Shown in pieces: positions 41,996-56,352 of a DNA stretch of 64,000 nucleotides. The notes beneath the pieces are model-generated. The model searched no databases, was not told where the DNA came from, and saw only the letters and a program-made list of their open reading frames with translations. Both the position numbers and the translations under genes were made by a program. Location of the stretch: positions 18,600,001-18,664,000 of the forward strand of contig OX597837.1 in the NCBI GenBank assembly GCA_951406725.2, in the 5' to 3' direction. Position 1 is the first letter of the stretch. Each line of letters begins with the position of its first letter. Origin of the DNA: Octopus vulgaris. Its lineage: Eukaryota.

Positions 41996-42065
41996 CATTT
42001 ATAACCATTTTATATATTATATACAGAAGCACAAACTAAACACACACCTATATACATACATACAT
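41888..42065 (+). repeat. Local tandem duplication (~105-bp unit)
   Basis: atcatttataaccattttatatattatatacagaagcacaaactaaacacacacctatataca occurs twice. Confidence 0.85.
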
Positions 42066-42949
42066 ACATACATACATACATACATACATGCATACATACA
42101 TAATACATGCATACATACATACACACCCATATATATATATTTACACGTATACATGTGTGTGTATCTATATTACATAGATACATGCATGACTATATATATA
42201 TATATCTTATGTATGTATATATATGTGTATGTATATATGCATGTATGTTTGTATGCATGAGTATATATATATATAATTTATATAAAGCAAATCTGTCGTT
42301 AAGTCCTCCATCCAACCATACCCTCACCGACACTTCCCTTCCACCCCAACATCCGCTCAATAAGACATGATGTTTGTTTGTTCTACCTGCTGCAGTGGAT
42401 TGTGAAGGAATAGATCTCTGTTTCACAGGCATCATCGGGGGTAGAGGGAGGAAGGTCGATCTCCTCTGGGACGCACTTTCACTGTTGAGCTTTCTTAACG
42501 ACTGACACCTGCGGGTGGCATATTCTTCTTTTATCGCCTGTCTGTCTGTTTGCCTGCCTGCCTGCCTGTCTGTTTGTCTGTGTGTCGATGTGTCTGTCTG
42601 TCTGCCTGCCTGTCTGTCTGTTTGTCTGTGTGTCTGGCTGCTTGCCTATCTGTCTGTCTACTTGCCAGCCTACCTGCCTGTCTATCTGCCCGTCTGCCTG
42701 TCTGTCTCTGTCCGTCTATTTGTCCGCTTGTCTGTCTGTCTGTCTGTGTATCTGTCTGTCTATTTGTCTGTCTGTCTGTCTGTCTACCTGTCCGTCTGTC
42801 TATCTTTCTCGCACAACTCTCTCTTACATTCGTCTCCCAATCTCTCCTTCCTCTCGCTCAGCTTATCTGTCTCCTTGAAGGTCACACTTGTATAAAGAAA
42901 GTAACTACACCAACGAGACAACCAGGAAAAACTTTTATGTCATTGCTAT

Positions 42950-44986
42950 ATTTTCAAGGAATTGCATGATCTGAATTTGGAAAAAAAACAGGAACTGAAG
43001 ACTTCGTCACGTATGCCGGAATCGTAAACAGAGAATGTGAAAAATTTAAACTAAACGAATTAGATGTTCAAATGTCTAATCTTTGTACAAAGATTAACTG
43101 CAAGCAAAGATGCAGAGATACTAAAAAAAAAAGTTTTAATACCAGAACCGTCATTATGGCACTTTGATCCAAATTTTAAAATAGTAGTAGCATCAGATGC
43201 TAGCGAAAGTGGTATAGGAGTGGGAATTTTACACAAGTATGAAAATGGTAGCTCATGCTTCACTGTTCATTGTTGGTTACTGAAAAAAACTACAGCTAAC
43301 TTGAGAAGGAGGTATTAGCCAATATTTTTGCGGTGAAAAAATTTCAAAAACTCATTCATTGAAGGAAATTCAGTCTGCAGACAGATCACCGCCCTTTGTT
43401 GTCAATTTATGGATCGGAAAAGGGTATCCCCACACATACAGTCAACCGTTTGCTGCGCTGGGGGACGATCCTGCTAAATTATGACTTTACGATGGAATTT
43501 CTACCGTCGAAAAAACTGGGACATGCGGATGGGCTGTCAAGATTGATACCTAAATACAATGAACCGTTAGACGTCACAGTAATAGCAGCATTAAAAGCTG
43601 AAATCGAAATAAAAAATGTACTCTGCAACGTAGTACGCGAACTACCTGTCACTTTAGAGGAAATAAAAATTAAAGCAGAGAAAGATATGTTCATAATAAA
43701 AATGAGAAAAATAGTGAAGTCAGAAACAAATGCAAAATCTCATGGGACATCCAGGAATCGTGAGATTGAAATCACTGATGAGGAGCTAAGTTTACTGGTT
43801 GAATATGGATCAGGATATTGAAAAATTGGTGAAAGCCAGCAGGGGTTGTGCCCTGGCAGCAAAAGCACCACCTATGAAACTTCAGCCTTGGCCCAAGACT
43901 GACACACCTTGGTTGAGATTACACATATACTTCGCAGGACCGTTAAATGAAGGGTATTATCTAATAGCTGTGGATAGTTACACGAAATGGCCGAAAATAT
44001 GTAAATGTAGGAAGCCAACCTTCAAAGTAAAAATGGATTTTCTGGACGAACTTTTGGCGTGATATGGTGTCCCAGACACTATAGTGTCTGATAACGGAAC
44101 ACAGTCCACGTCGAAGGAATTTAAAAACTTTTGCAAAGTGCATGCAATGGAGGATATTACTACTCCGCCATACCATCCGAGATCAAATTGACTAGCGGAA
44201 TGTTTTATATATAAGTTTAAGAGGGCGCTAAAAAAATCTAGAAATGAGCTACTTGCTGATACTGCATTGACGCAATTCTTAAGTGTCTACCAGGTATGTC
44301 ACCGGCTGAACGAATGTTCGCCAGGAAAGTCAGGTCAGTGTTTGACAAATTACTACTGGGAAGAAAAGAAAAAATGAAAACTGAAAATAAGATAAAATAC
44401 TTCAAAATCGGTGACAACGTGTTTTTTAAAATATACAGAAATGGAAAGGAAAGTTGGGAAGAAGGTATAATAAGTAAACGTTTAGGAAAAATAACGTACA
44501 TGGTAGAAGGTCATACGTGGGAACACAAAAGACATTTAAACCAACTGAAAAAAAAATGGTTTACGGAAGACAGAATAAGACATGAAGAACCAATGGAATT
44601 TCTTTATGACATTTTTGATGTCTCGGTATCTCAAGGAATAGTCGAGTACATTGACTAGGAAAAGAAAACAAACATAATTTTTGCACGTAGAGCTAAATCG
44701 AAAAAAGTATTTCAATTTCTTCCCGGGAATTAAGTAAAAAAAGGTGGGGGATAGGGGTTAATAAATATATAATAAATAAAAGAAAAATATTGACTTCCAA
44801 GGAAAGTCAAGCTCAAAAAGGAGAGATGTGATGAAATTCTGACACCCCTGTGGGATATCAAGTGAACTGTCCTAAACCTTATAAAGTCGCATGCGTACTG
44901 ACAGTGCGACGTACAGTGTGGTGTGTGCAGACGCATTTGTGAAGGCAGTCGTTGAAGTCGTTGAGAAGAAATATCGGTGATAATAC
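42950..44986 (+). mobile_element. Ty3/Gypsy LTR retrotransposon remnant (gag piece, RNase H, integrase, probable 3' LTR)
   Basis: HFDPNFKIVVASDAS..GIG, LQTDHRPL, RLLRW..LLNYDF, HADGLSRL, PWPKTDTPWLRLHI, IAVDSYTKW, IVSDNGTQ and PYHPRS. A purine tract at about 44736-44750 precedes a putative LTR ending in CA at about 44986. Confidence 0.88.
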
Positions 44987-45082
44987 ACTCACTCTTTGTA
45001 TGTATGTATGCATGTATGTATGTATGTATGTATGTATGCATGCATGCATGCATGTATGTATTTGTGAATGTGTGTGTGTATG

Positions 45083-45115
<33 letters not shown>

Positions 45116-45135
45116 TTGTGTGTATGTATGTATGT

Positions 45136-45175
<40 letters not shown>

Positions 45176-45256
45176 ATGTATGTATGTATGTATGTGTGCG
45201 TGTGTGTATGTATGTATGCATGCATGCATGTATGTATGTGTGAATGTGTGTGTATG

Positions 45257-45318
<62 letters not shown>

Positions 45319-45812
45319 TGTATGTGTGCGTGTGTGTATGTATGTATGCATGCATGCATGTATGTATGTGTGAATGTGTGTGTGTATGTATGTATGCATG
45401 CATGCATGCATGTATGTATGTGTGTGTATGTATGTATACTGTCTCTTATCTCTCACCACCCACGGATATTTCGCTTCCTTATAACTTTATGATCTTGTGC
45501 GCATACATGTATACGTGAATATAACCGTCTTTTCGTTTGTGTGTGTGTGTGCATGTGCGCGAGTTCAATCTTTGTGAGTGTTTGCCCATGAATGTATGCA
45601 TGTTATGTTTCTGTCAATCTGTATATCTTCAAGCTACACAGATTACCTCACCGTCAACGCTGCCGTGCACCCCATCCACCTTCAGTTTAATTAGACATCA
45701 ACATTGAACAATTTTATTGGACAGTTGTCTACCATCTCCGAGCTGACACCGATAATGAGACATCGTATAGTTGTTACATACATGTGTGTGTGTGTGTGTA
45801 TGCGTGCGTGTA

Positions 45813-45848
<36 letters not shown>

Positions 45849-45889
45849 CGTGTATGTATGTGTGTGTGTATGTGTGCGTGCGTGCGCGC

Positions 45890-45942
<53 letters not shown>

Positions 45943-47014
45943 TGTGTCTGTGTGTTTGTATGTGTATAATTTGTTTGGTTGTGTGTGTGTGCACGTCTAT
46001 GTATGCGTGTGTATGTTTTGATATACATATTGTAAACAAGTCTATATGTAATAAATATGTGTATATATCCGATCCCTGTGAGTTGCCTTGCATCCATCAA
46101 TATAAGAAACAGCCAACAAAAACACACACACACAGACGCACGCACGCGCACTCACCCACACTACCCACACACCCACACACGCACACCACCACATATAAGT
46201 ATATGTGTGCATGTTTATATGTATAAGTATGTATGTGTGTAATGTATATATATGTGCGTAAACGTGTGCATACACACACATACACTTTAACTTAGCGCTA
46301 ACACGCTAACTTAAATGTATCCTTTCGCAGTGAATAAACTATTTTTGAATAGAGAAGATGTAGAATATATACTGTTATATGGAAGTAAGGGGATAAATCG
46401 TGAAATCTATGCAGTCAAGTGGGTAAATGAAATAGAAAGGGTTGGAGCATACCTATGATGAAAGGCTCCCGGACGTGATCATCTCATTTTTATGGAATTA
46501 TCAAACTTTCTAATGTGTGTGTGTGTATGTATGTATGTATGTATGTATGTATGTATGTATATCGGTTCAGTCGTTTTGCATCACGTCGTGTGTATTTATT
46601 AGCTCGGTAGTGATTGGCTAGTAGTTTACTCCGAGGGATATATATATTAATTAATCAAAGAATCAATAATGATGTTCTATTTTCCATTACAAAATCTGGA
46701 ACAATTTTGTAAAGGCAACTGGAACTCCACAACTCCAATCATGATAATAGCATTAATTACGTATAGCATGATGTAAATAAATATAACAAAATTATAATAC
46801 TGGATGATACCAGTACAGTCTTTGCTACATATGTTTCAGTAGCAAGGTATTTTATTGATTATGCATTCATTATGTAATTGTAAAATACCTGTCATAACTT
46901 AAGGCATCCAACTGCCAAGATGATAGAGGTCAATTGTTTACTTTCGAATAGGCAAAATCGGAAAGCACGGATTGAACTGCTATCTTCCATTCTTATAATT
47001 TTACTCTGTGAGTG

Positions 47015-47094
<80 letters not shown>

Positions 47095-47096
<2 letters not shown>

Positions 47097-47383
47097 ATAT
47101 AACATGCCATATATCTTCAAGCAACCCTCCAGGCTCAGTTCGTAACGTTAAATGTGTTTAAAAGCCAGAACGCTGGTCTATGATAAAACATGAACAACAA
47201 GAAGGTAAAAAAAAACGTGAAGGAGATTTTTAAAAGACGCTCGATAAAAATTTCATATAGCTGCTGTCCCGATATGAAGGACATTATTACTCGTGAGCAC
47301 ACCAGTGGATGGTGTACTTTTTTGTTGATTCTCCCTCTAATAGATCTTTAAACTATGTGTGTGTGTATATGTAAATGTATGAC

Positions 47384-47445
<62 letters not shown>

Positions 47446-48600
47446 TTTAATATACACAATTACAAAAGAGCTACTAATAGTTTCATGCTTTAAAATACAT
47501 TAAACTGGCAGATTTATTTCACATGCCATGTATCTTCAAGCAAACTTTCAGGATCAGTTCATAGCGTTAAACGTATTTAAAATCCAGGACGCTAGTCTAT
47601 AAGAAAACATGAGAAAAAACGAGAAGGAAAAGCGTGAAGAAGATTTTTAAAAGACCCTCGATAAAAATTTCGTACACCTGCTGCCCCAATGTGAAGGATG
47701 TTATTACTCGTGAATCACACCAACAGCCCATTTCCAGCTGTATCTGTCGAGACACTGAAGCTTGCCCGCTTGAGCAGGTGTGTTTGATAAACGCAGTTTT
47801 TATGCAGCCGAAGTCATACAAGTGCTCCAACACAACATAATTCAGAAGAAAAATTACATCGGTTTATGGGAAGGAAATTTTAAAAGCCTCAGTGCAAACC
47901 AACTGTCTTCTTTCCGACACATTGATAAAAATAAGGCCGCTAAATGGATAGCCATGTATGGGATCTGGAGTCCAAATGCACACCACACACAATCAAATGG
48001 AGAATCGTTGATAAATCTACGCCATAAATAAACCGATCAAAGACATTCAATAAAGGCGTAGCTGAAAGATCACGCATTCTTTTTAGGTCCAAGTATTTCC
48101 CCACACTACTTAATTCCAAATCCAAAACTTTTAGCGAACGCAAGCACATGGTCAAGTTTCTTTCATGCAATTGGAGGACACCTCCTGCTCCGGATTGAGT
48201 GACTGCCTCATAGACTTTGGCCTCCTTTCTCTTACATTATTCTGCATCAGCTGCATTTGTTATGGTTTCTACAGACAAAGAGGACGAAGATCTTAGTTTC
48301 TTTTTATTTCTTTCTTCACTTATCACTTTTTGCACCAGCCTGCTTCGCGTTTTTTTCTTGTTTTTTTTCTTCTCATGTTGCTCATAGACCCGTCTCCTGG
48401 TTTTTAGATACATCCCCGTTATGAACTGAATTTGAAAGATTACTTGGAGACACTTGGCATGTTAGATAAATCTGCCAATTTAATGTATCTTAAAGCATGA
48501 AACTATCAGTAGCCTTTTGTAATTATGTGTATTAAATATCTATTTCTCACTGGATGCAGTACCTTTCTTGTTGATCCTACTTATAATGGAACTGTAAACT
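47095..48600 (+). mobile_element. Penelope-like GIY-YIG remnant with duplicated and inverted terminal segments
   Basis: KIFKRPSIKISYTCCPNVK, CICRDTEACPLEQVCL, NYIGLWEGNFK and LNSKSK. 47100-47300 duplicates 47520-47720, and 47445-47530 is inverted relative to 48455-48537. Confidence 0.8.
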
Positions 48601-48659
48601 ATATATATATTTCGCTCTTGCGTCTCACGTTTGATCTTTGACTTCTGGCCGAAATCAGA

Positions 48660-48897
48660 TCGCCATGTTGATTCGCTAGTCTCTGCACGTATTTTTTCTC
48701 TCTCTTTCTTTCTGTGTTTTTTCTCTGTGTATCTTTCTGTTGAAGAGCGTAGGCTCGAAACGTTAAAGACTTGTTTTATTTATATTTCCTGAGCGCCATA
48801 CTAATACAATTGTTTGTTTGTATTCCACCTGCCTTCGTCTTTTGTTTATTTCCGTAAACCTGCCTTCGTCTTTTGTCTATTTTCATAAAGCTTCCCG

Positions 48898-48900
<3 letters not shown>
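48660..48900 (+). mobile_element. ~240-bp non-coding element with hammerhead-like motif
   Basis: TCTTT-CTGTTGA-a-GAGC-gtag-GCTC-GAAAC-GTT-AAAGA at 48732-48769. Ends at (TA)n. Confidence 0.65.
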
Positions 48901-48943
<43 letters not shown>

Positions 48944-48962
48944 GCACGCGCACGCATACACA

Positions 48963-49019
<57 letters not shown>

Positions 49020-49620
49020 ATTAACAGAAAAATCATGTAGATAAAACTTGGCGTAAGGAATGTATTTATATGGAAAGGAAAATTTCGTATACAAATAAAT
49101 GTTGCATTCAATTCTTATCGTTACAGCTGCTTTGGATAGTGACTGATGCCATAATCATGTATACTTATTATGTCATGAAATCTAATAATACTGTAGGTAT
49201 GTGGCCTAGCACGGATTTTGAGGCACCCGTGAAGCGAAATGCTATTCTCTTTTTCAAAAGACTCAACACAATTCGCATCATGGGTCTCTCAAAATACGTC
49301 CATATACCTATAAAATTGTTGAACCTCATTACATAATATACAGTTATAGTACCAGTCATTATATATCCGAAACAGCTGTAAAGATAAGCCTTGATTATAT
49401 CTTTCATTTGTATAAGCAACTTCATACATATAAGCAACATTTCTTACACCTACAATTACTCGTCTGTTTTTTCTGCTTCCAAACCCAGTCGACGAAGATC
49501 GTTCTTATTGCCGACTGCCGACTCTTTACCATAGCGCTACATGCTTTGAACGAAGGAGATAGAGCTTAAGTTTTGGATATATCTGAGCACTACTTGGTGA
49601 CTATACCACGCTTATAACTG

Positions 49621-49655
<35 letters not shown>

Positions 49656-49664
49656 GCACACACA

Positions 49665-50000
49665 ATCAGTTGTCAACCAGAGCTCTGCTTACCAAAACTC
49701 TTCAGTTCCCTCTGTTTTGTGCTATATGCATAAAACCAGACAAATTCTTGTCTCTAACCCATTCTTTCATGTCGTCAGTCCACAAACGTCTTTGGGGGTC
49801 TTTTGTTCTCTTGGCCTCCACAGTTCTTGTCAGGATGGTTTTGGGCTGTTACTGGTGGCGCATTGTATGCCCCCAAATAGGATAGCATGTGAAGGTGATT
49901 CTCCACAATAACTGTCTTTGGACTTTCAGCTTTTCCGATACTACAGTATTTGTTACCCTGTTTTCCTAGCTTATTTTGCCCAATTTACGAAAGATATACA
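49665..50000 (-). mobile_element. RTE-like LINE 3' fragment
   Basis: Minus-strand pieces GHTMRH, KTILTRTVEAKRTK and QRRLWTDDMKEW resemble the RTE ORF C-terminus. Confidence 0.65.
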
Positions 50001-50316
50001 TCTGAAAGTCTCCTTTCTTTTCTTCCTCACAGCTGTGTACTTTGTCTACGTTTCTGTCAGAAAATCAGCATAATATTACAGTTTATTAGTTCCAGTTTTA
50101 GTTGTATTGTTATTTATGTCTTCTGAAGAGATCGTTTGCATTCTTATAAATGTTGTTCTTGCCTTATTTATCTTTTGGGTAACTTTTTCTAAACAGATAA
50201 TGCCTGCTATTTTATTTGTCCTAAACACTTGATGCCTTTTATTTGTTAAAGTTTCTGTCCATCTACCTTTATATTTACTTCCTTTTGTACTATCTTCCAA
50301 CCAAACCAACTCATGC

Positions 50317-50394
<78 letters not shown>

Positions 50395-50480
50395 GTATGT
50401 ATGTGTGTGTGTGTGTGTGTGTGTATCTATATGCATACATATGCACATACATGCTTACACAAACGCACAAACACACACAC

Positions 50481-50519
<39 letters not shown>

Positions 50520-51254
50520 TATATATATAAATATTAAAATTTCTAAGTCTCTCTACGGCATCGGTACTGGAAATTAACAGTTATCGCCAAGCTAATATAG
50601 CAGTCCATAAATATAAGTCTAAAGCTGCCGTTGATTAGCTCCAAGAGGTCATCGCCTCTAGCTAGCTATATGATACACGAACCTATGTCCATTATAACGT
50701 TCGAACAGGAAGGTCAGCCGCTTCCCCTTGCTGGTCAGACATCTGCTGACATGTTTCAGGGTATTTGCCCTTTATCAATGCAGAGTAGCCAAACCCAGCA
50801 GGCGTAGCTACCGACCGTCTGTTCGAAGGATTAGTTACCTAATTTCAGTGGAATACATCCACTGGTTTTCAAAAATAGAAATATCTTGAAACATGTCTGC
50901 CTCGTCAGTAGAATACACATAGAAGAGAAACATAAATACATATATATATATAAATACAACATACGAATACTTACATATACGAACGCATACCTACATATAT
51001 ATGTACGCATGCATCATGGCCAGTTCAAAATGCCCGCCGTTTAATTCCATGTGAGATATGGTCAAAATATCGCCGCAGTAAATACAGTGACGAAATAAAT
51101 TAAAATTTAATGTAGGTTCTCAGCCTGCATTACTCTCTCGCATCCTCTGGGGATGCGAGATGACATTTGAAGGAAAGTATATAGTTTATGAAAATCACTT
51201 TGGAAAATAAAATCATTAATTTATCCTTAAAAATAATTTTGTTCTTATTAAGTA

Positions 51255-52120
51255 CGAGGTCTGACCAATAAGTATCCGGACTGTTGCCATAGTAACGAAG
51301 ATAAAGCACGCAGAGTAAAGCCGCCTGGTACAGATTGAACTTGAACTCTGTTGTACAAGCACATTAAGTTTTAACGTATTAGCTCACTTCCGCTATTTAC
51401 AACTGTGCTTTAAAGGAAGGTGTATAGCGTGTGATCGTCGAATTGACAATGGCAGAAGTTGTCATGGTGATATCTGCTCAGAGGCCTATAAAAGTTGCAG
51501 AAAGTGTATGGAGAGGAGTGTATGAGCCGCACACAAGTGTACGAGTGGTTCAGACATTTCCAAGATGACTGAAAATTGTCGATATTGACGAACGTTCTGG
51601 GAGACCCGCAACCCGCAGAACTGAGAAAAATATCGCAGATATGCGGGCAGCTGTGAGGGGAAATCGTCGAATCACCATCCACGAGTTATCAGAGGATGTG
51701 CAGATTAGTTATGGTCCAGTTCAGTTCATTTTCACTGAAGATTTGGGTATGAGACGCGTGTCTGCCAAGTTTGTGCCAAAATTGCTTTTAGCTGACCAAA
51801 AGGACACTCAGGTTTCAGTTGCACAAGATCTCCTTGATTGAAAACTTTGCGAAGGCTTCTGAGCAGATATCGCCGAGCTTTTGGCAAAATTGGATGCAGA
51901 TTCTCTGCTCATCTTTCTCTGTCATAGCCATTGCGACGATCACACGCTACACAGCTTCCTTCCAAGCACTGCTGTAAACAGCAGAAGTGAGCTAGATCGT
52001 TAAATCTTAGTTTTAACGTTCTAGCAGCGTTCAAGGTCAACCTGTGTCAAGTAGCTTCACACTACGTGCTTTACCCTCGTTACTATGGCAACAGTCCAGA
52101 TACTTATTGATCAGACTACG
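51255..52120 (+). mobile_element. Internally deleted mariner element with long TIRs
   Basis: TA|CGAGGTCTGACCAATAAGTATCCGGACTGTTGCCATAGTAACGA ... TCGTTACTATGGCAACAGTCCAGATACTTATTGATCAGACTACG|TA. Transposase N-terminus KVYGEECMSRTQVYEWF, NRRITIHEL and LGMRRVSAKFVPKLL; no DDD domain. Confidence 0.88.
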
Positions 52121-53439
52121 TATACCCAAAACGTTATAATTCCATAGTGCTTTATGTGGATGAAATTTTAAGAGAAACACTTATTAGAAAATTGACATTT
52201 TAATCTTAAAATGAAGTATTACTTTTGCAGGGAAGGAGTGAAAATTAATCAAGATTTTTCTCGGGGTGAGGACAAAGAAATGGTTGAAAAACTCTGATCT
52301 ACAACAAGTCATGATTTCCAAATAATGATCGTTTTGCGAAAGTCTCTCCAATTACAAACATCATTTTGAAATTATGTCTGGCGCCGTTCACTCCTTGTCT
52401 CGGTATCTGTCATTCTCTCTCTCTTTCCCTCTATTCCTCTCTCATGATCTCTCTTTATCTGTTCCTTCTTCCATCTCTCTTTCCTGTTTTTTTTTTACAT
52501 CATCTCCCTTTATATTACTTTCGCTCATTCTTTCTCAGTCTCTCACCATTCTCAATCTCTCGCTGTCCTTCCTCTCACTCATTCATCTCTTTTTCCTTCT
52601 CTCAATTCCTTACCCCGTCTCTCTCAGTTACTCTCCCGTTCTCTTGTTTCAGTCTTCGTTGACAGATCGGAGGCGCTGTTGACAGCGGATCACTTACCTT
52701 TTTCTAAAAAATCCTGTCATTTCCACAGGAATCGGTTTAGATGTTTCCAAAGATAACGAAATACGGCCGTGCTTCCTTCTTTCACAGTTTTCCCGCAAAG
52801 ACACCTATCCTTACTGATTGCCTATACTGAGCTGATTTTTCGTCTAAATTAGGTTGCAAGCAAAAGTATACAGTGTTGCTACTCTCTCATTTTTTTTTCG
52901 CGTCTATCAAGACAAACATTCACCACGAAATATTATGTAAAGTAATATGTAAATGAGTGTCCGTCAGTTTCGACGGTGAGCAGTCAGTCGTTCAATCGAC
53001 CTAACTACCTGCTAATTGAAGACACTGGTGGAATCGGTGTGACACAGTATGACAAGGATGGAACTTTAAATTGCAGGTACATTCTGCCCAATGAGTTCCC
53101 GAACAATTTCTATCAACTCAATTTCACTCCCTAGATGAGGCCGTGACAAAAGACTCTGGCCCAAGATGCCAAACAATGGCAAAATACATCATAGAACTGA
53201 TAGTCACTTTATTCCCTTGATGAATGGCCAGTATTTCTCAGGGCTCCACTTCACGTTCCTTCCCTTGTGATACCGAGTTTCCTCAATTCACCCCATTTTG
53301 ATTTGTCATCTAGTTTTGTTTTCACTATTATACTTTTAACGGTTGAGTACCATCTTTAGCAGTACATGGAGACAATACTAATAAACAATTACTAAAGACT
53401 TACGTAAATCGGAGAGACAGATCCGACGACGACGACGAC

Positions 53440-53490
<51 letters not shown>

Positions 53491-54984
53491 CATGATCATG
53501 ATCATCATCATCGTCGTCGTCGTCGTCATCATCATTATCATCTTCGTTGACAGTGAAAGAGGGTATTTAGCCACTGATGAAGTTCCAGTACTGGATTAAA
53601 ACTGTTATGGCTGATCCTTCATTTATCTGTCCAAGAAGACAATGTGCAGACAAGTTATTTATATATTACACAGTGCATTGACTAAAATCTTAAGACATAT
53701 TGCGTTTTAGGGCGGAGAAGCTCGATTATATCCCAAATGTTCTTCAGAGTGGTATGTACGTCTTTTATTTCCACTTATTTCTTCAACTTTCTGACAGCCC
53801 ATGTTTCAGTGTGTAAATCAGCGCGTCACGCTTCACTGAAAAAAAAACCCATACAGTAGGGGGTCAATTAAAGGTGTCGATAAAATAAAATACCAGCTTT
53901 TTACTCGGGTCATAAATATAAAAATGATTGCTGCTCTAGGTCTTCTTGCTTATTAAAGGAAGAAAGGGCTTGGTACGTAATAATCAAATCAGCATTTCTT
54001 CCGTCGTTGCGACGGTTGCGGTAATGTTGGTGCTAGAGGTGGTGGAAGTTGTGGTTGTAATTGTGGTAGCGGTGGTGATGGTAGTGGCGGAGAGAGGCGG
54101 TAGAGGCAATTGGATGGTAGGGGGGGATATTTAATTAAACATCTCCACAACCCGTCTCAATCTGTCAGCGTTATGACCAACAATGCCACCGCTACAAACA
54201 CCGATACCGTCATCACTAGAACCACCACCTCCATCATCACGACCATCATCGCCATTACCACCACCACCACCACCACCACCACCACCACCACCACCACCGC
54301 CACCTCTATATCTTAGAATTACTTAGCAGCTTTCTTTTGCGTAAAATAAATCCATCCAGATGGAACTACTTTGAAAAAGTTTATATTTCAAGTAATTAGC
54401 ATTGAGACAAAGATTAACTTGACGAGACAATGATGATGATTATGGTAGTGATGGTGGTGGTAATGATGATGACGACGACGACGATGTGAGAACGATGGTG
54501 GTGGTAGCGGTGTAGACGGTGGCGGCAGTGGCGACTACGATGGTGTGACGACGACGACGAACTACGACGACGAACGATGACGACGAACGACGACGATGAC
54601 ACTGATGATGACGTTGATGGTGGTGATGGTGGTGGTGGCGACGACCACTTACTACAATACATAACAGTTATTTTTTCCATACACAGTGTCAGTCGTTACC
54701 AAAGATGGTGGGTGTGGAGATGGGGTCAAGGGTCAGTAACCTTGGTGTCAATGTATTTATGTAAAAACAATGTAAGGCAATGTTTTCCTTATTTTATTTC
54801 ATTTTATATTTTCTGTTATGACTTTCATGTCACTTGAAAAATATTTCTTTTATTAAGGGCATGCTTGTATATGTATATATTATGATGCATGTATACATGT
54901 ATACATACATACAAATGGACATACATGCATACATATATACATACATACATAATATATATATATATATTTGTTTTTTGTGAATTC

Positions 54985-55291
<307 letters not shown>

Positions 55292-55707
55292 ATCATATAT
55301 ATATATAAGTAGGTGAATGAATTATCCTAGCATGGAAAATTCGTTTAACCGATACCTGGGTAGCAAATTCACGTCAGAAAACACGGTTGAAGCGACCTGT
55401 CAAGGGTAGAAACTCCGGGTTCTTGTGTGGAAATTTGTGTGTTTTTTATATGAATAAATGAAAGAATGGAGTCGAACGAAGATGTTAACAAAATTCCTTT
55501 ACTCTCGACACATGTTTCGAAGACAGCATACTTTTATTCCGAAGGAATAAAGGGTGCATTATACGATCTTTACAAACAAAAACCCAACAAAAAAGCCTGA
55601 AGAGATTCCGTCCCATACAGTTTAAAATGATAACCAATTCTTAACATTGGATTTGACCCAAATGCTTCGAACTATGTATTACAAAGGAGTCATTTTCTTA
55701 CCTTATC

Positions 55708-56144
<437 letters not shown>

Positions 56145-56273
56145 ATACACACATACTGATATATGACCTACGTCATATATCACCGAACCTGGAGCTTACC
56201 TACAGTCTGTCCATAGGACTTACTCAGCATTACCTGATACATTTGGATCTTATTGACACCTTTACCGCTCATA

Positions 56274-56352
<79 letters not shown>

